Assembly: GCA_016937995.1 (NCBI GenBank)
Contig: JAFGVM010000043.1
Coordinates: 1 to 55,644 of the forward strand
Direction: 5' to 3'
DNA: 55,644 nucleotides
From: Candidatus Delongbacteria bacterium
Lineage (GTDB): Bacteria > UBA4055
The notes below the pieces were generated by a model that was given only the letters and a program-made list of their open reading frames with translations, was not told where the DNA came from and did not search any database. Position 1 is the first letter of the stretch. Each line of letters starts with the position of its first letter. Below are positions 47,733 to 55,644 of the stretch, piece by piece. The translations under genes were made by a program, and so were the position numbers.

Positions 47733-47967
47733 GTAGGGGCGTATCATTATACGCCTTTAAGGGTATAAGACTTATTTGTGAACATCCAACATTCAACACG
47801 GAATGTTCAATTTTCAAGGGGCAGGTTAATTAACTGCCCTTTTTTGTCATTGCGGTCCCGATTTATCGGGAGAAGCAATCTAAAACAAATCTCACACCGT
47901 CATTCTCGGACTTGATCCGGGAATCCAGGGGCAATCATCCACCGTCATTCTTCCCTATGAATCGGGA
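47733..47967. repeat. Dense mosaic of REP-like palindromes
   Basis: GTAGGGGCGTAT-CATT-ATACGCC (47733); heptamer run (47781-47818); three GTCATT-headed elements (47846, 47899, 47944). Confidence 0.78.
47817..47845 (+). terminator. Intrinsic terminator
   Basis: GGGCAG-loop-CTGCCC followed by TTTTTT, downstream of the oxidoreductase pair. Confidence 0.65.
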
Positions 47968-48077
47968 GATTTAGAATCTTTCTTTTGAATTTCCTCAAAA
48001 TTTAATTTGCAGTTAAATAACAAATATATAACTATTTATAAAGATTTTAGCACCACAAAAACCGTATTAACCCCTAT

Positions 48078-48106
48078 TTGACAATTCGCTAACTAATTGT
48101 TAGTTT
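48078..48106 (+). promoter_or_regulatory. sigma70-type promoter of the disrupted gene at 48139
   Basis: TTGACA-N17-TAGTTT with extended -10 TG; overlapping inverted repeat CTAAC-N5-GTTAG (48089-48103). Confidence 0.5.
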
Positions 48107-48138
48107 ATTAAATACACATAAATATCAGGGGATTTATC

Positions 48139-48273
48139 ATGATGAAAGTTCTTTCTTTTAAGCTGCTAATAGTCATTCTCTTTATTTTTTCAACATCACT
48201 TTGGAGTGATCATAAAAGCGATCTGGAAGAAGCATTGAAATATTATCCATTAAATACTGGTGATGTCAGAAAA
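48139..48273 (+). pseudogene. 5' fragment (45 codons) of a secreted-protein gene truncated by the IS end
   Basis: MMKVLSFKLLIVILFIFSTSLWS-DHKSDLEEALKYYPLNTGDVRK: signal peptide, AGGGG RBS and promoter; reads into the IS IR and stops at 48297. Confidence 0.7.
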
Positions 48274-48345
48274 GGGCGTGTAAATAATTTTGTGTAAACG
48301 GTCTGCAACCATTAACTTCTATCAAAGGAGGAACAGACAATGAAA
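48274..48345 (+). mobile_element. 72-bp remnant of the same IS left end
   Basis: 70/72 identical to the reverse complement of 20-91; identity ends just after ATGAAA. Confidence 0.85.
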
Positions 48346-48827
48346 CTCCTCAAAATGGATTATCTTATAACATTTATATAGGTACTCAAAGTCAATCTGC
48401 AGATATTTTAGATCCAATGAGTGATACTCATACAGGTTACAGAAAAATAGTAGATATTGGCAACGTAAATCAAAACACAACATGGACAATTAAGAATCTT
48501 CCTTATGGTGAATACTACTGGAGTGTTCAAGCCATAGATCACAATTATACAGGATCAGAATTTGCAAAAGAACAGCTTGTATGGCATACTGACGCTCCAC
48601 AAAATTTAAGAATTTTACGGGATGAAGATCATTTGAATATTTTCTGGAATTCAAAAGCAGATGCAACAAGCTATTCAATATACTCATCTGATGATCCATA
48701 CGCACAATTCCCCGAAGATTGGACTTTAGAAGCAAATAATATTATAACTACATTATGGAGTGATTATAAAATAAGACCTAATAAAAAATTCTATCGTGTT
48801 GTTGCTGTAAGTGACGATAAGAAATAA
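48333..48827 (+). pseudogene. 3' fragment of a large protein gene: FN3-like segment of the kind that follows FG-GAP/VCBS repeats, plus the C-terminal ~70-aa domain
   Basis: The frame of ORF 48417 extends upstream as TDNETPQNGLSYNIYIGT...PMSD..TGYRKIV..GN...YYWSVQAID; no signal peptide or own RBS. Confidence 0.7.
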
Positions 48828-48829
48828 CC

Positions 48830-49498
48830 CTACTCCACCGTCTTAAAAAACCTGCTCCACCGAAAATCCCCATTTCCATCAATCGAAGAATAAATAAAAC
48901 TCGCCTTCCCAATTACATCCTTAGCATCCACAAAGCCGAAAGATCTCGAATCATAGCTCAAATTCCTATTATCCCCTAGAACAAAAATAAAACCTTCCGG
49001 AACAACAACCGGAGGAATATCTTTAATGATCTTATTCGTAAAAACAGATGTCATATCTTCATTAAAAGAAGTCTGAAACTCTTCAACAGGCATATCATCC
49101 ACAAGGATCTTATTATTCCTCACTTCAACTGTCTGACCATGAACAGCTACACATCTTTTAATGTACTTATCAGGTCTTGCAGGCATTTGTTTACTGATCA
49201 CAATAACATCACCAACTTCAATGTTCTTAAATCCTGGTAATTTGAAAGAAGGTAGATCAAAATTGAAATTAAAAAAAGGTATTGTGACCATATTAGGGGT
49301 ATTGGCTCCGTAAACAAGCTTGTTGATGAGCACAAAATCACCGGGAAGCAATATATTCATCATAGAAATTGATGAGACCCTATAAAATTCAAAAAATATA
49401 GCTTTGGAAAGTAAAATAAAAATTAATAGAACTAAGAAAAATAAATATTTAAAATTCTTTTTTTTATTTTCAGGAGCTATTTGTTCAGGTTTATTCAT
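48830..49498 (-). CDS. lepB: Signal peptidase I
   Basis: SxSM catalytic Ser box, YIKRCV Lys box, [11 protein letters not shown]; downstream of lepA. Confidence 0.93.
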   Translation of the reverse strand: MNKPEQIAPENKKKNFKYLFFLVLLIFILLSKAIFFEFYRVSSISMMNILLPGDFVLINKLVYGANTPNMVTIPFFNFNFDLPSFKLPGFKNIEVGDVIVISKQMPARPDKYIKRCVAVHGQTVEVRNNKILVDDMPVEEFQTSFNEDMTSVFTNKIIKDIPPVVVPEGFIFVLGDNRNLSYDSRSFGFVDAKDVIGKASFIYSSIDGNGDFRWSRFFKTVE

Positions 49499-51287
49499 CT
49501 ATCTTTAACAGTGCTAAAAATGCTTCCTGAGGTAGTTCAACTGAACCGATCTGCTTCATTCTTTTCTTACCTTTTTTCTGCTTCTCCAACAATTTTCTTT
49601 TACGTGTGATGTCTCCACCGTAACATTTTGCAGTAACATTTTTCCTTAGAGCTTTTACAGTTGTCCTGGCAATGATCCTTGATCCTATTCCAGCCTGAAT
49701 TGCAACATCATACATCTGTCGGGGTATGATCTCCTTAAGCTTTTTACATATCCTTTCTCCATAATGATACGCTTTATCTTTATGGATGATCGCAGCAAGA
49801 GCATCGACTTTTTCTCCATTAAGCATTATATCCAGCTTTATCATATCAGCAGGCTGGTAGTCTGTAACTTCATAGTCAAAAGAAGCATAACCACGTGAAA
49901 TAGATTTTAATTTATCAAAAAAATCAAAGATCACTTCAGATAAAGGAAAATCATACTTCAGAACAACTCTGTTCTCATCAAGATAATCGGTCAGATGATA
50001 AATACCTCTTCTTTCAAGAGATAGTTTCATTATCGGACCAATATGTTCGGTCAAAGTTATTATCTGAGCTTTAATATAAGGTTCCTCGATCTTAATGATC
50101 ATATCATTGGAGTTAAGGTCCTTTGGATTATTTATCTCTTCAATATCCCCGTTCTGCTTATGAAGTTTGTAAGTAACACTCGGAAAAGTATTGATAACAG
50201 AAAGATCGTATTCTCTTTCAAGTCTTTCATGAACTATCTCCATATGAAGAAGTCCAAGATAACCTACACGAAAACCAAATCCCAATGCCGTGGAATTTTC
50301 TGGCAGATAGACCAGTGACGAATCATTCAACTGTAATTTTTCAAGTGAATCTTTCAGATCTTCATAATCTTCTGTACTCACAGGGAAAACACCCGAGAAT
50401 ACCATAGGTTTAATATCCTGATAACCCGGTAAAGATACTTTGGTCTTGTAGCTATCTAAAGTAACAGTATCTCCAACTTTAATATCTTTTGCCGTCTTGG
50501 TACCTGTGATCAAATATCCAACCTCTCCGGCTTTAAGAGTCTCTTTCTTAACTCTCTCCATTTTAAGAATGCCGATCTCTTCAACGAACAAACTTTGATC
50601 AGTATTTATAAGTTTGATCTTATCACCCTTCTGAATAAAACCGTTGACAACTTTAATATATGCGACCGCTCCTCTAAACGAGTCATACATAGAGTCGAAA
50701 ATTAAAGCTTGAAGTGGTTTATCCTCACTTCCCTTTGGAGGAGGAATGACCTGAACGATCTTCTCTAATAAACTTTCGATACCTTCTCCAGTCTTCGCTG
50801 AAGTAAAAATGATATCATCATCATCACATCCGATAAGATCTATGACCTGTTGCGCTACAACTTCAGGTTGAGCAGCGGGAAGATCTATCTTATTTATTAC
50901 AGGAATTATTTCCAGATCCTGTTCCATAGCAAGGTAAAGATTTGAAAGTGTCTGAGCTTCAATACCCTGAGATGCATCCACTACAAGTATTGCACCTTCA
51001 CAGGCAGCAATACTTCTTGAAACTTCATATGTAAAATCTACATGCCCAGGTGTATCTATCAAATTCAAAATATATTTCTTTTTGTCAAGTGCTGTATGTT
51101 CCATTCTAATTGCATGGGATTTTATTGTGATCCCTCTTTCCTGCTCAAGTTCCATATCATCGAGAGTTTGTTTTTTAATATCTCTCTCTGCCACAGTGCC
51201 TGTAATCTGCAACATCCTATCAGCTAAAGTTGATTTCCCATGATCTATATGTGCCACAATGCAAAAATTTCTAATATTATCATTCAT
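49491..51287 (-). CDS. lepA: Translation elongation factor 4
   Basis: [43 protein letters not shown]. Confidence 0.98.
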   Translation of the reverse strand: MNDNIRNFCIVAHIDHGKSTLADRMLQITGTVAERDIKKQTLDDMELEQERGITIKSHAIRMEHTALDKKKYILNLIDTPGHVDFTYEVSRSIAACEGAILVVDASQGIEAQTLSNLYLAMEQDLEIIPVINKIDLPAAQPEVVAQQVIDLIGCDDDDIIFTSAKTGEGIESLLEKIVQVIPPPKGSEDKPLQALIFDSMYDSFRGAVAYIKVVNGFIQKGDKIKLINTDQSLFVEEIGILKMERVKKETLKAGEVGYLITGTKTAKDIKVGDTVTLDSYKTKVSLPGYQDIKPMVFSGVFPVSTEDYEDLKDSLEKLQLNDSSLVYLPENSTALGFGFRVGYLGLLHMEIVHERLEREYDLSVINTFPSVTYKLHKQNGDIEEINNPKDLNSNDMIIKIEEPYIKAQIITLTEHIGPIMKLSLERRGIYHLTDYLDENRVVLKYDFPLSEVIFDFFDKLKSISRGYASFDYEVTDYQPADMIKLDIMLNGEKVDALAAIIHKDKAYHYGERICKKLKEIIPRQMYDVAIQAGIGSRIIARTTVKALRKNVTAKCYGGDITRKRKLLEKQKKGKKRMKQIGSVELPQEAFLALLKIDE

Positions 51288-51329
51288 TTTTTTTCTAACT
51301 CACAGTAGTTTAGTTATTTCTTAGCCGAG

Positions 51330-51358
51330 AATATACTTGATGAAAGCTAAATAATCAA
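51330..51358 (-). promoter_or_regulatory. sigma70-type promoter of lepA-lepB
   Basis: Minus strand TTGATT-N17-TATATT. Confidence 0.6.
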
Positions 51359-51360
51359 TT

Positions 51361-51385
51361 AAAAAAAGCTGCATTTCAGCAGCTT
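51361..51385 (-). terminator. Intrinsic terminator after the small CxxC gene
   Basis: AAGCTGC-N6-GCAGCTT stem with a minus-strand T-run. Confidence 0.65.
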
Positions 51386-51414
51386 GTAATAAGTTTGTAT
51401 TATGATAAATTTAT

Positions 51415-51633
51415 TTATCCCATTATTGTTTTTTTGACTATATTTTCATACGGTTTGTGAGAAATGTGCTTTTCTTCGAAGAGTTTCGATTCAACTGTCC
51501 CGTCTTTCCTGATCTTCACTACAGTTCTCTTTCCGCAGTAACCACAACCGACATACTTCTTTTCAGGGGAAAAAGAGATTTCTCCAATTTCTTCATCACA
51601 GTGAGAACATTTGATCTTGATCTTTTCTTTCAT
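51415..51633 (-). CDS. Small zinc-ribbon-like protein
   Basis: CSHC...CGYC; GGAGG RBS 7 nt before ATG; downstream terminator. Confidence 0.7.
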   Translation of the reverse strand: MKEKIKIKCSHCDEEIGEISFSPEKKYVGCGYCGKRTVVKIRKDGTVESKLFEEKHISHKPYENIVKKTIMG

Positions 51634-51744
51634 TTTGGATCCTCCGTGTAAAAGTTTAGTATTTATGTAAAAAACGTATCATCATATCCATGATATCTTA
51701 TACTATTAATGTAATGACATAGTTTCTCAAAACCAAAGAAAAAC

Positions 51745-52722
51745 TTAGTTTTTTGAATTTTCCCGAATGATGACCCAGATAAAAAATGGTCCGCCTATTA
51801 TAGCGGTAATAATTCCTACCGGAAGTTCAGCAGGTGAAAGAATAACTTTTGAAATAAAGTCACAGATCAGCAACATAGCACTTCCTGTCAAAGAAGAAGC
51901 AATCAATAAATATTTATAGTTCTTACCGACAAAAGCAGATGCAATATGAGGAGCGATTATTCCCACAAAACCGATTGGACCCGTAAATGCTACAACAGAA
52001 CCGATCATAAGGGAAGTTACAACAAAAAGAACTTTTTTAACCTTATTTATTTCAACTCCTCTGCTGATGGAAAGCTCATCTCCTATACTTAAAAGATTAA
52101 GCTCATTTCTATAATTGTAAATAATTATTGAGCCTAATATAAAAAATATCGACGTATTTATTATCGGAGTATAACCAATTACATCGAGTCCCCCCATTGT
52201 CCATCTTGTGATCTTAAATACATTCTCCGGATCTGTAGTATATTGCAGGAGAAGGATTATACTGGCAAAAAAGAAATTAATAACAACACCTGTAAGTATC
52301 ATTGTATTGTCTTTGAAAGATCTGAGGAAAAGAGATATCATGTAAATAACAGCTATTGATAAAATTGCACCGGTAAATGAAAAGATTGTTATCAGTGAAA
52401 ATCCCAGTATGGAAAATGAGATCGGTGAAACAATATATAAAGTCGCTCCTAAAGAAGCACCGCTTGCCGTTCCTAGTGTAAACGGCGAAGCTATGGGATT
52501 ACGAAATAGAGACTGGAAAACTGCACCGCTAATTGCAAGAACAGAACCTGTTATAAGAGCGAGTAAGGCTCTGGGTAATCTTATCCTGAAAAAGATCTCA
52601 GTGACAGTATCAGAATGAAATATTTCCATTGGTAAAATGATAGAATTTCCAAAAAATACGTTCATCAAAAAGAAAATGATCAGGATAACGAACATTAATA
52701 ATATTTTATATTTTTTTCTCAA
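51745..52722 (-). CDS. FecCD/BtuC family ABC permease
   Basis: IRLPR, FRNPIASPFTLG, GPIGFVGIIAPH, ELPVGIITAIIGGPFF. Confidence 0.93.
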   Translation of the reverse strand: MRKKYKILLMFVILIIFFLMNVFFGNSIILPMEIFHSDTVTEIFFRIRLPRALLALITGSVLAISGAVFQSLFRNPIASPFTLGTASGASLGATLYIVSPISFSILGFSLITIFSFTGAILSIAVIYMISLFLRSFKDNTMILTGVVINFFFASIILLLQYTTDPENVFKITRWTMGGLDVIGYTPIINTSIFFILGSIIIYNYRNELNLLSIGDELSISRGVEINKVKKVLFVVTSLMIGSVVAFTGPIGFVGIIAPHIASAFVGKNYKYLLIASSLTGSAMLLICDFISKVILSPAELPVGIITAIIGGPFFIWVIIRENSKN

Positions 52723-52733
52723 TATTAGTATCT

Positions 52734-53501
52734 CTATCTCTTTATTATCATTCTTTTATTACTAACAGGATGCATGATCTCAATAAAGTCAGTATCATAG
52801 AGATCACTTATCTGATCAGTTCTAACTTCGGCAGTATTTTCCAGGAATTTCAGCTCACTGTTCTTCAATGCAGCTATTCTGTCAGAATACAAAAGCGCGT
52901 TATTTATGTTATGTGTTACATTAACAACAGTTATACCGATATTTTTGTTGATATCTGCTATCAAAGTACTGATCTGTTTATCATAGAACGGGTCTAAAAA
53001 AGTACCAGGTTCATCAAATAGTATTATTTTTGTATCCTGGGCTAAAGCTGAAGCAATATTAACTCTTTGTCTTTCTCCTCCGCTTAATGTCCTAAGCTTT
53101 CTTTCGGAAAAAGCAAGAAGATCTGTAATTTCCATGCTCTCTTTTACTTTTCTTTTGTCTTCTGCAGTGATCGATGAAAATGATGAAAAATACGGATAAC
53201 GACTGAACATGATGAAATCATGAACAGAGTAATCATTTAATATTGGTGTTTGAGTAACATATGTGATCTGTTTTGCAAGTTCCTTCTGGGGAACCGATCT
53301 TATATTTGATCCTGATATAATAATATTCCCGGAAGTGTGGTCAATGATCTTACACATAGACTTCAACAAAGTACTTTTTCCCGCACCATTAGGTCCTATT
53401 ATTGAAAAATATTCACCACTGTTTATATCAAAGGACATTTCCGAAATTATTGTCTTATTTCCAAGTCTGACTAAAATATTTTCAATACTGATCAGGTTCA
53501 T
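52734..53501 (-). CDS. Iron-chelate/cobalamin ABC transporter ATP-binding protein
   Basis: GPNGAGKS, LSGGERQR, LFDEP. Confidence 0.93.
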   Translation of the reverse strand: MNLISIENILVRLGNKTIISEMSFDINSGEYFSIIGPNGAGKSTLLKSMCKIIDHTSGNIIISGSNIRSVPQKELAKQITYVTQTPILNDYSVHDFIMFSRYPYFSSFSSITAEDKRKVKESMEITDLLAFSERKLRTLSGGERQRVNIASALAQDTKIILFDEPGTFLDPFYDKQISTLIADINKNIGITVVNVTHNINNALLYSDRIAALKNSELKFLENTAEVRTDQISDLYDTDFIEIMHPVSNKRMIIKR

Positions 53502-53519
53502 TTTTTCAGCAAGATATTA

Positions 53520-55472
53520 TTATAATTTTCTGGCTATTAACATTTCAGTGATCAACAGAACGATCAGTGAATATAAAAAGATAAAAGAATAATTGTTCCT
53601 TTCAACCGAAAAAATATTATTCTTTACGAAATCATCATTATCAATTATATCGAAATCAGACAACATATCCCTACTGACGACATCAATATCTTCCCTTATA
53701 TTATTAACTGCTATATATTTGACAGAACTGTCAATTTCATTTGTCAGTTTATAAAAACCATCATAATTTAGAAATATATTCTGCTCCTGTGAAGATTGGA
53801 TGGAAACTTCAACAGATCTTGGATCGAATAGGATATTACCTTTATCAACTGTGATCCTGTCTCCACAATTATAATACAACTCAGAATTGATACTTGATTG
53901 ATCAAAATATTTAATACTATTGTAAATTAAGGGGATCAAAAAGCCGTTTTCAATTAAATTTGATGAGCCTGAGTCAAAACCGGAACTTAATAAAATGATC
54001 TTACCGTTTGATATTGATTTTTCCAGAATATAGGGAGAATTATTTACTTTTGCCAAAATATCCCATCCATCAGGTTCAAGTTCGTAATAACGGTTTATTT
54101 CTAAACTCTTCGGATCAACATCATTAACAAATACTTTGTCAAATACCGGGTGAGATATGGTCAATATTTTTATTCCTGTGTATGAATCTTTAAATTCCTT
54201 CACTCCTGATATTCTAGGAAATTTCAAACTTGGTATTAAATTGGAATTATAATCGTTCAAATTCAGATCTTTTCCTAAAGCGATCAGCACAGATCTTCCC
54301 GATCTAAAGAAATTCATTAATTGAGATACCGTATAAGAACTTATCCTTTTTAAGTCAGTAAATAAAATCACATCATAAACAGACATGTTCACAGTATTTA
54401 TATTATTGAAATCTATCTGGGATGACTCGAACAACGAATCCGATGTATCATTTATCAGCAGTTGAAGATTTTTAACTACTGTATCATCCTTATTGCCTAC
54501 TATCAATGTTTTAATTCTTTTAGTACCCTGGATTATAAAATTGAAAATATTGTTCATTATATTTATATCATCATCGACCTTAAAGAACATCTGTTTGTCA
54601 GAAATAGAAATGTTTGAATAGGTAATAATTTCAGTTTTTTTGTATGTATTTTCAAATTGAATATTATCAGAATATATTTTATTCCCGTTCTCATAAAGTT
54701 CCAGCTTTGTTCTACTTCCTTTTTCAATTTTCTTACTGGACAAATAACATGCTATCTGGTTCTTCTGATCGAACTTTACTGAATCAATAGAAATATCAGT
54801 CCTGTCCTTTGTATCGATAGAATTCAATATCAGTTGTTTTGAATAGTTGTATCCATCTTTAGTATATTCCCAGTTATCTGTTTTTAATTCTCCGTCTGAA
54901 AATAATAAAAACTCTTTATTCAGTTCATTTTTATCAGACATAAAGAAAGAATCAGCATCTGCAACAATATTTTCGATATCCTCTTGCATACCGCTTAAAG
55001 TTATTTCATTTAAAAACAATTTTGCATCCTTCTTTCCACCTATGAATTTTTTTGAAGGATCAGATGTCCTGATTACAATTTCAGACCTGTCAGGAATATC
55101 ATTAAGAAATTTTTTTATTGATGATAAAGTTTGATCAAACACACTGAAATTATTATCTGACAAAGCCATTGATGTACTCGTATCGACATATATGTATATC
55201 GAAGTATCCAAATTAGGATCATAATCAGAATAATTCCCCAGATAAGGTGATGCAAAGAACATTACAATAGAGAATACTATCAATGTCCTTATTATCAGCA
55301 GAAGAATGTCTTTAAGCCGTGTTCTTTGATTTATTCTCTGAGCTAATTCTTTTAAAATAAACAAACTACTGAAAACCATCTGTTTCGGTTTTTTACGGAA
55401 AATAAGATAAAGGATCAGAGGAGCTATTATCAGAGGGATAAAAAATAGATATTGGGAGTATATAAAGTTCAT
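53520..55472 (-). CDS. BatA-domain / vWA membrane protein
   Basis: N-terminal double-TM BatA signature (PLILYL..RKK..FSSL..L...LLLIIRTL...P), MIDAS DTSTSM and FSDG, C-terminal TM ending EMLIARKL. Confidence 0.82.
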   Translation of the reverse strand: MNFIYSQYLFFIPLIIAPLILYLIFRKKPKQMVFSSLFILKELAQRINQRTRLKDILLLIIRTLIVFSIVMFFASPYLGNYSDYDPNLDTSIYIYVDTSTSMALSDNNFSVFDQTLSSIKKFLNDIPDRSEIVIRTSDPSKKFIGGKKDAKLFLNEITLSGMQEDIENIVADADSFFMSDKNELNKEFLLFSDGELKTDNWEYTKDGYNYSKQLILNSIDTKDRTDISIDSVKFDQKNQIACYLSSKKIEKGSRTKLELYENGNKIYSDNIQFENTYKKTEIITYSNISISDKQMFFKVDDDINIMNNIFNFIIQGTKRIKTLIVGNKDDTVVKNLQLLINDTSDSLFESSQIDFNNINTVNMSVYDVILFTDLKRISSYTVSQLMNFFRSGRSVLIALGKDLNLNDYNSNLIPSLKFPRISGVKEFKDSYTGIKILTISHPVFDKVFVNDVDPKSLEINRYYELEPDGWDILAKVNNSPYILEKSISNGKIILLSSGFDSGSSNLIENGFLIPLIYNSIKYFDQSSINSELYYNCGDRITVDKGNILFDPRSVEVSIQSSQEQNIFLNYDGFYKLTNEIDSSVKYIAVNNIREDIDVVSRDMLSDFDIIDNDDFVKNNIFSVERNNYSFIFLYSLIVLLITEMLIARKL

Positions 55473-55644
55473 TAACTTTCTATTTAATTAATAAGTCTAA
55501 CAATTTAACCAATCAGACCTTAAATATCAATAGAGTTATCAATAGAAAAGATGTATTAAAGGATATTTAAAATTTTATTGAGACATATGGTATAAATTAG
55601 ATGGTAGCAACTTTAACTTCATAATTTTTACTTAGTTATTTCAA

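Noticed and set aside
41143-47967. Palindromic repeats as a CRISPR array, tRNAs or attC sites
   Set aside because: No regular repeat-spacer period, no cas or integrase gene, no cloverleaf or T-loop motifs, and the flanking genes are core genes
48417-48827. Intact standalone 136-aa gene
   Set aside because: The reading frame and conserved-looking sequence continue upstream of the Met to the IS junction; treated as a fragment
2735-55134. Numerous 60-130 aa ORFs antisense to or frameshifted within long genes (e.g. 15319-15672, 20710-21093, 22095-22412, 53263-53592)
   Set aside because: Fully overlap well-supported CDSs; shadow ORFs with no independent signals

Overview
AT-rich bacterial window. 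Gene content (a T9SS-type 'YPNPFNP' C-terminal domain, a Bacteroidota-like OMP/TPR gene pair) with canonical sigma70 promoters suggests an FCB-group lineage outside Bacteroidota, possibly Ca. Delongbacteria-like; this is inference only. Positions 1-91 are the left end of a probable IS256-family element. Positions 103-30305 are a ~30 kb Wzx/Wzy-type surface polysaccharide locus on the minus strand. It encodes an SLBB exporter, Wzz, a polymerase/ligase, a flippase, nucleotide-sugar enzymes, GT4s, two MBOAT+SGNH pairs, two hexapeptide acyltransferases and two AsnB-like enzymes. It is split by internal promoters and contains two secreted enzymes. Positions 30.5-55.6 kb are mostly core genes: rodZ-like, ispG, TrmH, PhoU/Na-Pi, lipoprotein-OMP-TPR-rpiB-glyA, a T9SS-CTD protein, a two-gene flavin/Fe-S amine oxidoreductase, lepA-lepB, an FecCD ABC pair and a BatA-domain protein. 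Most notable: (1) a shared ~70-aa C-terminal domain on three unrelated proteins, two clearly secreted, a candidate sorting or anchoring module; (2) a lipoprotein + FadL-like barrel + TPR operon resembling Bacteroidota BAM accessory components; (3) an IS-end scar at 48.27 kb that joins two gene fragments through microhomology; (4) a 15-16 bp palindrome nested inside several different REP-like repeats. No rRNA, tRNA or CRISPR array was seen.
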